Part shown: positions 49,832 through 61,971 of the stretch, piece by piece | How the letters are laid out: each line of letters starts with the position of its first letter | Position numbering within the stretch: the first letter of the stretch is position 1 | Translations under genes and position numbers: made by a program | Source of the DNA: Lama glama | Lineage: Eukaryota | Reading direction: 5' to 3' | Assembly: GCA_028534125.1 (NCBI GenBank) | Contig: CM052816.1 | Location: 95,730,001 to 95,794,000, forward strand | Length of the DNA stretch: 64,000 bases | Notes under the pieces: model-generated | The model's input: only the letters and a program-made list of their open reading frames with translations | What the model was told of the DNA's origin: nothing | The model's database searches: none

Positions 49832-51379
49832 CTGCAGGAAGTTAGGGGAAGCATTTATATTTTATTCTTTCATGCAGGGCAAAACGAGCAGAAAATGTCT
49901 AGGTGCCCATATTCCTGCAGGCTGAAACTTTCCCATCTTGCTGCAGGGAACTCACAGCATCCAAGAGAGCAGAATGTTTTCAGAGAAAGGAACACATCAA
50001 ATGCAAATGAGAGGTTAAGTTATACCTCAATCATTTCCTTTGGATTTGGCAGATGAAGGCTTTGGTGACCTTGTTGAGAGAAATTTCCTTGAATGGTGGA
50101 AGCAAAAGATAGATTGGGGCCCTCTGAAGACTGATTGGGGTATAACTTCCACTAGTGTGCATGCTAAAAGTATGCTTGCTCTATCCCAGAGACCAAGGCA
50201 AAATCACCCTACAGTTCACATGTGTTCATACACGTATGAATCAGTAGTGAGGTACAGGATGAGTGACGGAGGGGAAAAGGACAAATGGGAGAGGTTCCAT
50301 GTGAGGTCTGAGATCATGAATCAGCCTGATTGTTTGTCTAGTAACTTTAGTTGCTCACTCGTGGGCATGCCAGAGAGTTGGCACCATCCAGGTTTTTAAA
50401 TTAAACTTCTTATTTTGAGACAATTGTAGAATCACAGGCAGAAATCCAGAGAGATTCCATGTAAGGATGAAGGTCTGGACAGGCATTGATGATGAAAGGA
50501 GAGGGGGGAAAGGATTGAGCGGGTCATCAAGGCGGTGGTTTTTGTTAGTGAGTCAAGGACTCTAAGCTGGACATGCAGAAAAGCGAAGCGTAGAGAGTCA
50601 GTGGGTAGTGAGGAGGAGGAGGCGTGAGCAGGACTGTGTGTTTTGGCGCATCAAGAGTCCTGAGCAAATATTCCAGAAGTAGAAGAGGAGGAAGTCAGGG
50701 AATGGAAGACCACAACTGAGAGTTCTTCTGGAAATTTCTGGCCATAACAAGGCATGACTATTGTGCAGATGGCTGGAGTGGAGGGGACAAGGGTCACTGG
50801 AGAGGAGGAGGTCAAAGGACCAAGAGGCTAGGAAGTTTAGAGGGTCATCCCGAGGGAGCCTCAGTCACCCAAGCCAGGATTTTGGAGGTTGTGCTAGAAC
50901 TTTCTTTCTCTTTACTCTCTACATGTAAATTCACCAGGATTTTACCTCTTGTTTCTTACTCTGATTCATCCTCTCCACACTACCTGTGCCCAGTTCTTCT
51001 CTCCCCAGGAGTAACCTCACATCTGGTCTCCTTGTCTCCAAGCCTCCCCCTTATATTCAGTATCCACCCAGGCACCATGGTGATGACCTTTGGCTCATGA
51101 CCTCACAACCACGACCCACCAGACAAAGTCCCAGTTGGCATCCCCTGCGGCTCTCAGGAGCTGGCCTTGCCTTCCCTTGTCTTTTCCCTGGTAAGGCAGG
51201 GCTGCTTTGTTGTGCCCACACATCTACTTGCTGTTTCCCCTCTCCTTAGTTTGGCCAGTTCTTACTCATCTTCCATCACAGGCCTGAATTCTCTAACAAG
51301 TCCGTCCTTAGCCCTTGACTGTGTCAAGTACATTCCTCCTTGTTCCCAACAAGAGAGAGTCCCCAGTGCAATGCTCCCT

Positions 51380-51545
51380 GTCCTGGAGAGCGCTCCTGTA
51401 GAGTGGTCCTGTGCACTGTAGGCTGTTGCCTAGCACCCTGGCCTCTACTCGCGAGATGCCGGTAGCATCCCCAGTTGGGATAACCAAAATTTCTTCAGTC
51501 ATTGCCAAATGTCCTGTTGGGGGCAGAATCACCCCTGGTTCAGAC
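51380..51545. mobile_element. MER20 fragment
   Basis: gtcctgtgcactgtagg..cattgccaaatgtcct..cagaatcacccctggtt. Confidence 0.8.
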
Positions 51546-52459
51546 CTCTGGTCTATAGTAGGAGTATGCAGGAAGAGGAGGACCAAAATAGGGAAAACAG
51601 GACTGTTGTAAGGTTCACAGGTGAGTTTGTGTGTGAAGGCATCCCCTTTGTAGTTTCTATCTTTCCCCTAAGTCGCTGCTTCTCATCTGTTGCTTCATAT
51701 AGCCCAACATGTATTCAAGAACGCTTGTTGGATTATTTTTTTAATAACAAAATAATCTTTTAAAAAAGTTTCCCCCGAAATACTGTCAGTAAGTTTATAG
51801 TACCCTCAAAATGCCATTGAGAGGAAAATGCACTTGAGAACAAACATCTGTTAGCTCGTTTGAAGCTGTGACAGCCCTCAGGATTTAGCACTCACTACTC
51901 GGCAAGAACAAATCTTTAGTTCCTTTAAAGTTGAGCAAAAGATGCCTCGAGATGTTTCTTTCTTTTTCCTCTTCTTTTTTTGACTTAAATGCTTAATTGG
52001 GAGAATTATGCCCCCCTAATTTAGTAATGCAGTGACAGAGTTGCAAATTATTTCAGAGGATTCGTGAAGTAACATGGTGTAAAAGGACACAGCCGGATTG
52101 TTTTCATAAAAAAATAATTGGTTATTTCCGGACGGCCATGTATCTCTTCTTGTTCTCATTGAAACAAGATGCTCTATTATGTGAGCCACCAGCTCGTGTA
52201 AGGGGTGGCCCCTCTGTCTGATTATGCCCTCAGTTTTGGTCTTCTTAGCAAAGCTTCCCGATTCCACGCAGCCTGGCTAAGTGTCCTCTATTTGCTAAGG
52301 GAACGCTCCTTGGAAGTTCACCGTGTTAGCTAACAGAGGAGATTTGATTATCACTGATGCTTGGGTACATAGTTTACACTGTGTGTGATATGGGGGGGAA
52401 TTCAGGAAGGGAAGTGACTGTACTTTGGAAAATGTTGTAAGTTAGGGTGGCCTCCCGTT

Positions 52460-52710
52460 TTTCTTTTATTGAAGTAGAGCTGATTTCCAATGTTGTGTTA
52501 ATTCTGGTACACAGTGTAGTCATTCAGTTATAAATATATGTATATTCTTTTTCATTATAGGTTATTACAAGCTACTGAATGGAATTCCGTGTGCTATACA
52601 GATGAAACTTGTTGTTTATCTGTTTTGTATATAGTAGTTCGTATCTGCTAATCCCAAACTCTTAATTTATCCCACCCCCCACCCCTCCCCCTTTGGTAAC
52701 CATTTTTTTT
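52460..52710 (-). mobile_element. L1 3' end
   Basis: ttttattgaagtagagctgatttccaatgttgtgtta..ccctttggtaaccat. Confidence 0.9.
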
Positions 52711-53581
52711 TTAATGACCTAAAAGATATAAGACCAAAGCTTTTCTGGCTGTGTAGTGAGAAAGTATTTTTCTGTGTGTTTGCAAAATTCAGAAAGATGA
52801 AATGTTCTTGGCTGCTTATACTTAGGGGCCAGGAAAATTGAAGTGTAGTCCATTTACAATGTTAGTTTCATGTGTACAGCAAAGTGATTCAGTTATACGT
52901 ATACATACATACATACATGTTTGTTTGTTTTTTTTCAGATTCCTTTGTTGTGAAGGTTGAGTGAGGCATTGTCTGAGCATGAAATGGTGCTTGGGTGGGT
53001 TTTAAAAGACAGGGGAGAGGAAAGCAGATTCCAGACAGTGTACTGAGGAATCAAAGAGACCTGGAGAAGTGGAGTCGGACAGACCTGCCCCGCCCTGGGT
53101 TCTGTGGCTTTGGCGAGTTGTTTGCCTTTTGTGAGGCTCAGTTTCCTCATCTGTGAAACAGGGAGTGTACAAGCTGCCCGGTGAGAACCTTGTGGCCCTG
53201 GTGCAGCACTCGCACCCAGGGGACCCTGCCCTCGAATCACGAGGGCCCTCGCCTTTCGTCACTTCTGCTGCATGAAGAGCTGTCAGCTGCAACTTAGAGG
53301 CATCGGTTTATCTGAAAACGCTTCAGTGAGGAGTTTTCCATTTGACCGAAGGAGACGGAGGGTAGTGTGAGGCCGTTAGGGTATGGAGTAGTGGGAGGGA
53401 AGGAGATTGGGATGGGAACCGGAACAGGCAGGAGGTATCTGGGTCCTGCTTGCCCAGCAGACCGTGTCTGAGCTAGGGAGGAGACTGCGGGCAGAAGGCA
53501 GGAGCAGCCCTTCCTGAGAGTCCTGGAGACAGTGAGCAGGGAAGATCTGATGCACCATAGGCACAGTGGTACACTGACGCT

Positions 53582-53787
53582 CAGGGCTGCCTGTGGCCCA
53601 TCAGTTTTTGTTTAAATTAGGTGCCTTGGTTCAAATTTGAAGAAGGTGCTCCTCCTCTGCATGGCCATCATTCTACTTGGGGCACTGAGCTTAGCAAACA
53701 GAGCACGATTTCACCTCCTATCCCTGTCCCCTTGGTTGGGTATCCTTGTGCAGTCAACAACCTGTGCAACTGCATATGGAAGCTCTA
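53582..53787. mobile_element. MER91-like hAT element
   Basis: cagggctgcc start; ttgtgcagtcaacaacctgtgcaactgcatatgg end. Confidence 0.5.
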
Positions 53788-53789
53788 GT

Positions 53790-54397
53790 GTTCCAGCCCA
53801 TTTGGTGGGACTACAATTCTGCCTGGGGAATCCCCTAACGAGGTAGGGTGGACATTTCCTATTTCCTCATAGGACATGAGGGCAAAGAACAATGGTGATG
53901 GGCTCAGGTCCTTGACCCTTTGAATAGGTGAGAGCTCCCCACAGGCTGATCTGCTTGCTCACTTTCATCCAGCATCCCCTAAGCAGGACGAGCCTGATGG
54001 GGGTGAGGCAGCGGCCCTGCCTTGGGCACTGCAGTCTGAACCTGTGTGGCGTGTCCCAGGCTGTTGTCCAAAGTGGGGGAAGTGACACCATGGCCCGACG
54101 TCGGAGGGGAAGAGGAACCCCTTGGGCATGAGTGTACCTGCCCACAAGGACCCCACACTGGGTCTTCTGTGCCAACGTCCTTGTCTGACACTGGTGTAGT
54201 GATGGGAAGGAGAGCCCTTCCTGACTGCCAGCAGGGCGGACTTGGAAGAGAGACTGACTCAGCCGTCCACGTGGTCCTGGACTTGACTTTAATCTGCAGT
54301 CACCTACTCGCAATAAACTGCCGCGGACTTCCAACGCGATTTGATTCTTATGAAGTAGTAACCCAGGACCACATGTTAAGCCAGCTGGCTGCTTGTC
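53790..54397 (-). pseudogene. Fossil exon (3' boundary uncertain; may continue past the MER91-like element to ~53170)
   Basis: Acceptor ttaac..ctccccacatttcaacAG|G with branch-like TTAAC. Long Pro/Ser-rich frames (ORFs 53867-54427 and 53979-54191). Confidence 0.5.
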
Positions 54398-54649
54398 CTG
54401 TTGAAATGTGGGGAGTCCGTTAACCAAATCTCACACAGTGAGAGACGGACAGTACCCAGGGGCTCTCGGTCACTTCACAGTTTGGGAAGCTGAGTCCAGG
54501 AGCACTGCTTGCCTTCCGTCATGCAGTTAATCATGGGTAGAATCGAGACTAGAACAGAGATTTTTTTTCCCCCTCAATTAAGTGTTCTTTATAAAATTCT
54601 CTACCAAATATTAGGAAAAAATTCTTCCAAGTCCAATAGATTTTTTTGG

Positions 54650-55175
54650 TAAGAGCTTTATTGAGGCATAATTTACTTCCCATAAAATTCACCCACTTTA
54701 AGTGTGTAATGCCATGACTTTTGGTAAATTTACTATATTGTGCAATCATCACAATTTGGTTTTAGAACATTTCCACCATTTCTACCCCAAAAAGATGCCG
54801 AAAGCCAATCTGCAGTGAGTCTCCGCTCCTGTCCGCCTCTCTCAATTCTAGGCAACCACCAGTCTGCCCTGTATATAGATTTATTTGCCTTTTCCTTTTT
54901 TCAAAAAAGCGTTTCATATGAGTTGAACCTTATAATATGCGGCCTTTTCTGTCTGGCTTTGTTCACTTAGCATAATGTTTTCGAGGCTCATCCACATTGT
55001 AGCATCTATTGCTGCTTCATTTCTTTTTATTATCAGAGAATATTCCACTTAGGGATATGGCTGTGCCACATCTTGTTTATCCATTCCCCCCTTGATGGAC
55101 ATTTGGACTGTTTTCAGTTTTTGCCTATTATTAACAAGCTACTGTGAACATTTGTGCACAAGTCTTTGTGTGGAC
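54650..55175 (-). mobile_element. Old L1 (L1MB/MC-like) 3' end
   Basis: agctttattgaggcataattt..cataaaattcacccactttaagtgt. Confidence 0.9.
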
Positions 55176-55619
55176 TTACCAATAAATTTTTAAAGTGTTT
55201 CAGTTTTATTTGCAAAGTGTTTCAAAGAGAGTTCAATATAATGTCAAAATAGCACCTTTTTCCCCTCTCCTAGTCGCAGGGCATTACACAGTTGTAACAG
55301 CAAGACAAGCTGCAGGGTCACCAGTGACGTCCTCAGCATCATTAGGTCATTGCCAACAGCCTTTATTAAGGATCTAATTCTTCCTTATACTGGCACTGGG
55401 TAGGAGATATTTTTTTTTTTGCAAACTAGTATTTATTATTTTTTTTTGCTATTAATTTATACTCTCTTCTCTCTCCCTCTAAAAGGAAGATGCTTTTCTC
55501 ATACTTAGAAAGAGTGAGACTCCTCGTCAGAGGAGGTGATAAATGTGTAAGCCTTGGGATGTGTTATCTTCAAAGTCCCCAGAGTGCTAGAGGACCAGAC
55601 TCCTGGCGCCCTCCCACGT

Positions 55620-55790
55620 TACCCTTGGCACCACTGGGATTGGATTCTTTGTGGTGGGGGGTGCTGTCCTGTGCATTGTAAGGTGTGTCAGCAGCATTCC
55701 AGCCCACGACTCACTAGATGCCAGGGGTACACCACCAGTCGGGACAACAAAGACTCCAGTGTCCCTGGGGAAGGAGGCACAATGGTCCCA
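55620..55790. mobile_element. MER20 fragment
   Basis: gattctttgtggtggggggtgctgtcctgtgcattgtaagg..cactagatgccag. Confidence 0.75.
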
Positions 55791-56040
55791 CTGGAAGCAG
55801 AGGTTAGGGGACGGGTGTGTGACCACCTTCTGCCCTGCTCTTTCTCTGGAGGGGCTGAAGACTGGGGAGCCAGCCAAGCCTGGATCCCAGGAGCTGAAGG
55901 CTCGGAGACAAGGCAGTCTACAAATGCCCGCACGTTACCCCATGACTGTAGCAGTGTTAGGTTCATTTAAAATACAGTGTCTGCCCACTAAGAGCGGACC
56001 GTCTTGTGAAAGGAAACATGTTGGGGCTGGGAGGAGACTG

Positions 56041-57181
56041 TTATGGGAAACAAGTGGATGAGAACACGGCAGCCTGGAGAGGAAATAAGTTTTCGTTTAA
56101 CTCTGATTTGAAGTCAAGTGATGCTTGAGTCAAAAACGGCTGCCCACCAGATGGCCAAGTCTCCCGCTCAGCAAGGAACTGATGCTCTGTGTCCCCGGCG
56201 GAGGGACACTTTGATCTTTGGCCAAAAAACAGCAGTTCTCCACACAAAAGGTCTTCCTGGATGTTTTCAAATGACACACTTTTAAAAGACTTCTGGGCCG
56301 CTCCCTTGTTTTGCCTTAGGATACAGCTCTGAATATTTCCCCAGAAGATGGGAATTTCGGGCTTTTCATTTGCAGGGCAAACCACCACTCCAGTTTTCAG
56401 GGACTGATGGTTTTCCCAGGACACAGGACTTCCAGTGCTGACAGCAGGACAGTCGGTCACCCCACTCAGAAGAGGCAGCACGCTGCAGCCGGTCTCACCT
56501 GGAGGAGCCCTACTCACCCTGCGGGAAGCTGTGGCTTCTTCTCCTGGAGAGCGGGGCGGTGACGCACCCCTGCAGTCCTGCCGGGGCCGAAGCAGGGCGG
56601 TGTGGTGCCTGTGAGCGATGAGCCAGGGTGAGACCTTCTGTCCAGAGAGCAGGGCGGTGGGTTCAGCGAGCATTCGGGTGCCGGCGGTGTGGTCTTGTCC
56701 AAGTGAAATTGTTCTATTGCATTTAAATGCTTAACCTGTCATCTTAAAACAGCTTTGATGTCTCCATCAGTGTGCCTGACACACCTCATGGCTGACTCCT
56801 TTGCTGTAAAGTTGATGCTGACTCTTGAGGAGTAACCTTGAGGGCCCTGGAAGCCCAGCCCCTGATATCTCTGTTGGGGTTAAATTTATCTCCTACCTGC
56901 AGTGTCAGATCACCTGGAGCCCAGGGAATGGACAGGGTCAGGGTGTCTGTCAGTGGGGCGTGGCCGGGATGTATCTGCTGTGGTGACCTTGGCCCTACAG
57001 GACAGGATCCCGCTGTGGGCACTCTCCCCATAAGTATTCACATGTCCTCCATTTGCACACACAGGTTCAAGGACTCCCCGGAGGCCCATCCACGGTCCCC
57101 TGCATACAGGCATCAGGATAATGATCCTGACCCAGAGCTTCGGGGCTCTTGTTGCTGGGCAGGGTCCCCACATGAGAAATC
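56041..57181 (-). pseudogene. Large GC-rich fossil exon (donor uncertain)
   Basis: Strong acceptor ctctggcttttcctgtgccttcAG|G. Contains the open frames of ORFs 56910-57191 and 56041-56673 (210 aa). Confidence 0.55.
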
Positions 57182-57537
57182 CTGAAGGCACAGGAAAAGC
57201 CAGAGGGGAGAAACTTGAAGAGAGGAACTGTGCTCAAGAAAAGTGTTCCTACTTTGTCTGGGGTGGGTCCGCCAGGAGCTGAGTGTGACCAGGGAAGGCA
57301 GGTTGAGCAGGAAGCCCCTAAGCACCACATCTGAGTCCCGGAGACACTACCTGCAGTCCTCCAAGGCTCCTGCCTCCGGTCTTGGCTACGTTTTCTCCTG
57401 GAGGAATAAGGAGGCGAAGGCTTGATGTCAGGCAGCTGAGAATACAGGGGCGCCTGTGTGTTGAGCACCTACTATGTGCTAGACATGGTGCTAACTCCTT
57501 TTCCTGTTAAAGAGCTTTTAGCTTTTGAAGACATTAC

Positions 57538-57733
57538 TTTCCTCTCCAGCCCCAAGTAGGGGAAAACCTCCTAGAAATGAAATTGTTTTAGCCGTCAAGT
57601 CCACGAACACTTGACAATGATGCTGGTGAAGTATGTGTGCCTTCAGTTTTCAAGTGGACAAGCAGGAGAGCCAGATGATAAATCACTTCTGGTTGCTATG
57701 GAGAAAGCACTGCTTAGACAAGCGGTGGACATG
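57538..57733 (-). pseudogene. Short fossil exon (196 bp)
   Basis: ttttgtttcttaaAG| acceptor and aaa|GTAATG donor. Phase 0-1 with 2 stops; splices into the longest open frame of the next exon. Confidence 0.45.
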
Positions 57734-57815
57734 CTTTAAGAAACAAAATGCTAAAAATACCATTATTATATTATTATTGAGTGGAAGTTGAATGGTTGCA
57801 ACTCGCATATCATAC

Positions 57816-57947
57816 AAAAACGATCGTCTTCAATGCAGTCGGGGCTTTAAAATTAGCTGCAATGTTAGGATCACTCTTTAAGTGACTATTAAAAAGAACC
57901 GAGACAACCCTTCTGATATTTCAAAGCAAAATGTGAACACTTTGAGC
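57816..57947 (-). pseudogene. Short fossil exon (132 bp)
   Basis: aaatAG| acceptor and ttt|GTATGA donor. Phase 0-0 frame AQSVHILL*NIRRVVSVLFNSHLKSDPNIAANFKAPTALKTIVF has one stop. Confidence 0.45.
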
Positions 57948-58396
57948 CTATTTGAGGTACACGATGGTTTAGATTTTTTTAAAGGACATTTTAGTAAAGA
58001 TTTTGTCTCAGAAAAGACTACTTAGAATAATTTTTGTTTACATCAATGCCCAATTTTTAAAGTTGAAAATTAATTTTTTCCTAAGCTATTTCTTCTTAAG
58101 CTGTTAATATCTCTCAAGCTATTAAGTTGAAAATTAATTTCTTTCTTAAGCTGTTCTTAAACTGTCAAGTTAAAATGACAATTTTATTTTAACTAATAAA
58201 TTTAATAATTTTGGCATAAAAATAAGAATGTCAGCTTGTGCTTATGAATATTTGTTTAAACAAAGGAGATTAAACAAATGGGGTTCACCTAAATAATCAA
58301 TCAAACTTAGAAACTTAGTTAAATTTCCTTAAGGATGTTTATCCTTGAAATTTAATATATCTGGAACATTTCATGTCTCTGACAGGAGAGACTTAC

Positions 58397-60430
58397 AAAT
58401 CCAGCAAGCAAATTCCTTCTAAGTACTTACTCAGCTGCTATAAATATAATAAGTGGATAAATCAAGTTCTATTAAACTATCAGTCTTGACAAACTTAATC
58501 AAATTCTCTTATTCCTCTCTCACCAATATCCCAAGTCTATAATCTACTGAAAATTTCAATCTAATTGCAGGGTCAGTATGTCACGTGCTTTAATACACTG
58601 AAATCCCATAGATTTTTCAAATGATTTAAATGGCCAAAAAAAGGTTTTAAAAACCCCAGTGATTACATAAGTCGTTCTTAAATTCAATACGGAAGTGTTA
58701 ATATTGTGTACAGAAGTATTCATATTGTGAGTTAAATTTGCGTCGTTATCGCTGAATTTTTTTCTTCACCTTCCTGGTTACAAAGTTGTTTAATTGTCCC
58801 AAGGGAGCTGACTCACTTCTAAGGCTCAGTTCTGGAAAGTGGTTCAAGTTCCGGGTTGTGTTCCCAGAACTGGGACTCAGACATGCTGGCACCACGTCCA
58901 GAACAGTTCACAGGCTCGCAGGGTGACAGGACTTCTCAAAGCCTCACTTTTCATGCCTCTTGCTGTTTCATGCAGTCTCCTTACTGACTTTTAAACAATT
59001 AGCGACCTCATGATTCACAGCTTCTACTGCCCTGACTTAAATTGGTGAGACTCTGCACCCCTTCAGGGTTGCATTTGGTTTCTCTTCAGTTTGACCCCAC
59101 TCTGCATCCAAGGCCAAGGGATCATCACCCCCAGGCGGTGGACTTGGTGCTGTCCTTAACTGAGAACTGCGGCGGAGCACCCGCACCATGGACGTGCATG
59201 AAGGGAGCGTGGGCTTATCTTATTGTCTTCCAGGGGCTGCTTTATCATTCCACCCTCCCTAGCTAACACTCTCCTTTTCCATCTGTCCTTAAGGTTTTCC
59301 CATTTGGGGTATTTGGTTTCCTTTGAAGTGATCAAAGCTTAGTTTCCTCTTCGTTACTTGAGTTGAAAGAACTACCTATTTTACTGATGAGCCCTTCACA
59401 CCGTGGGCAGCACTGAGTTGTTATGGAAACAAAAATTTCCTAACACGAGTGTTTTACTCCTTTTTATCTTCACTTGCCTTGTGTAACTCTTAATCTCTAG
59501 GATGTACCTCAACCCACATCTTATCTCCCTTGCTCCCCTACCATTCCTCCAAAAAACCTACAAAGGGAAAAATGCCTCCACTATTTTAATGAGTTCTTTC
59601 TGGCCCCGTCTCTTTGGGACCTTAGTCGGTGGGATGTGGTCCTTTGGTCTCTTGGTTGCTTTCATGCTCTATTTGTAGACGTGCTGCAGGAAAGTCTGTT
59701 TCGTGAAGGTGCTCGCTTTTATGCTATGTTACTCCCACCAGCGTAGAGAAGAGATCTGGGCTTCTTGTGTTAAGTGTAAGATTGTCTTCACTTCCAAGAG
59801 CGTACACTTGGATTTGAGGTGAGATGAATATTTTGATCAGAATATCACCAGTTTAAACATGGGACAAGGAACTGGGTGGAGGAAGAAAGGTTACATGGGA
59901 GACTTCATCGTCTTCCTCCCTATGAGTCCTGTTTTTTTTCTCCCAAAGTCAACATTCATATATAGATCCTTTCTCATTATACACGCCACTTTCCCCCTGA
60001 GACGAATGATCACTGCCACGTTTCCTCCGAAGCTGTCAGGCAGGAGTAGTCATTTGGGAACTTCCCAGAGATGTAGCACTGACACCCGAGTGAAGAAATA
60101 TAGGATGGCCAACATTCGTACTCAGTTTTGAATTTTTTATCCTTTTGGAATAAAATGTCTGTTGTCAGTAGCTTCAGTGCGAGTCATTTTTCCTCTTCAA
60201 AAGTCTGGTTGATTGTGGCCAACATTTGTAACCCAACTCAGGGTGGTTAGACATTTCAAAGTTAGAACACATGAGGAAAGTCTACTCACCCCACAAATAA
60301 TGTCATCCACCCCCGGTCTTTGTATTTACAGGCTATCAGCTGGAACAGATGGGTTTGTTCTTTATCTACGGCCTTGACAACCCAAGAGACTTTTAAAATG
60401 GCAGAGGGTCTCCAACTCGTCAAAATGACC
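58397..60430 (-). pseudogene. Large fossil exon (~2 kb; acceptor not located)
   Basis: Donor ttt|GTAAGT (alternative tga|GTAAGT near 58431). Repeat-free, with protein-like runs in shifting frames (RKRGSDHSSQGESGVYNEKGS; LNHFPELSLRSESAPLGQLNNFVTRKVKKK). Confidence 0.5.
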
Positions 60431-61489
60431 ATATGTGAATATGAATATTCATGCATATATATACATATATGTGCATACATATACATATAAAAACACTCTT
60501 AAATTGTACTGCTTTAATTACAAGTAATTTTTTACTACCAATTTTATATGTATATGTATGTATAGAGCAAAAAATTCCCAGATTAACTCAGAAAAAAATT
60601 ATAATAACACTGAAACAGTTAAATAGTATTCCAAAAACTCTACCCATTAGTGGCAATATTATTTTGGTTTATTTTCTGATGTAATTTTAGGCTTTCCTTA
60701 CATAGAATTACATGCTGTCATCATAATATGGAAACAAAATTTGGAAGTAGAAAAAACTAAATTCAGATAAAATATCCTCTTATAAATTCAAAGTCTGGAT
60801 ATAAAATCACCAAAAAAAACCCCAAAAAACAAAACAAAAAAACCCCCCAAACTAGTTGTATTTGAAAAATACTCTGTGGAACCCAGGTTAGTAAATGCCA
60901 ATGCCTCAAGGAACCCTATTTGAAAAGTCTCAATTTTAGCTTGTCTACCCAGATTCAAATGATATAAAGTGGGAGGCAATCTCTTTTAACTATAAATAAT
61001 CAGTAACTCTTCCAAGAGATAAAATAATCCAAGAATGGTTCTAAAGATACATACAAAAATGAACACACTTTTGCATCTGTATAGCGCCTTAGTAAGTTTC
61101 ATTCCATAAAGAGCATATTTGTAAACTCAGAATCCCAGGAAGTCTGGGCAGGGGATGGCAAGTGGCAGTTATTATGTTTAAGCCCATTTAGCAGAGCAGA
61201 GCACTGAGGCTCAAGGAGTCATCAAATCAAACCCAGAGTCCTTGTTGTGCTACTCACACCCCGACTCCTGGTGGCTCTCAACGCTCTCCAACATCGTTCT
61301 CTTTCCTGCCCCCTAAAATTAGATCATATTTATGTAGTGGTCCTGAGGGTGACAATGAGGATTCCTGTGCTCACAGGAGAGCTTGACAGCTCTGCGCATA
61401 ACACAAAGAGCTAGACCTTCAGTCTCCCGCTGCATGGGAAGCCCCACCCACAGTCACCTGCGGAAGCGGTTAAAAACCCGGATGCCCCA

Positions 61490-61971
61490 TTCTGTAGGTT
61501 GTCTTTTCTTTTTGTTTATGGTTTCCTTTGCTGTGCAGAAGTTTTTAAGTTTAGTTAGATCTCATTTGTTTGTTTTTGCTTTTATTTCCATTACTCTAGG
61601 AGCTGTCAGACAAAGACAAATATTACATGATATCACTTATATGTGGAATCTAAAAAAATGATACAAATTATATTTACAAACCAAAAGCAGACTCACATAG
61701 AAAACAAACTATGATTACCAAAGAGGAAAGGGTGAGAGTGATAAATTAGGGATTGGAGATTTACAGAGACACACCACTATAGATAAACAACAAGGACCTA
61801 CTGTATAGCACAGGGAACTATATTCGATTTCTTGTAATAATATATAATGGAAAGGAACCTGAGAAGAAAAAATATATACGGATATGTATAACTGAATCAC
61901 TTTGCTGCAAATCTGAAACTAACATTGTAAATCAACTACACTTCAATAAAAAATTAAAAACAAAACAAAAC
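61490..61971 (+). mobile_element. 5'-inverted L1 insertion inside a MER5-like element
   Basis: TSD AAAAC(C/A)CGGATGCCCCA at 61473-61489 and 61972-61988. An antisense ORF2 piece is followed by the sense 3' UTR and tail. Confidence 0.85.

Noticed and set aside
49448..50056. 202-aa plus-strand ORF
   Set aside because: GTG start, Ser-rich and no splice context; it lies antisense to a fossil exon and runs into L2 sequence.
56041..56673. 210-aa minus-strand ORF as a standalone gene
   Set aside because: Better explained as a surviving open stretch of the large fossil exon; no promoter or poly(A) support.
58397..58680. Faint resemblance to a RhoGEF DH-domain C-terminus (..QLSKY..)
   Set aside because: Only a few residues match by eye, in an ambiguous frame with many stops; not supportable without a profile search.
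57692..59430. RFX X-box-like motifs (GTTGCTATGGAGAA ~57692; GTTGTTATGGAAAC ~59417) as the promoter of the fossil gene
   Set aside because: Both fall inside putative internal exons, and the gene appears to extend beyond the window.
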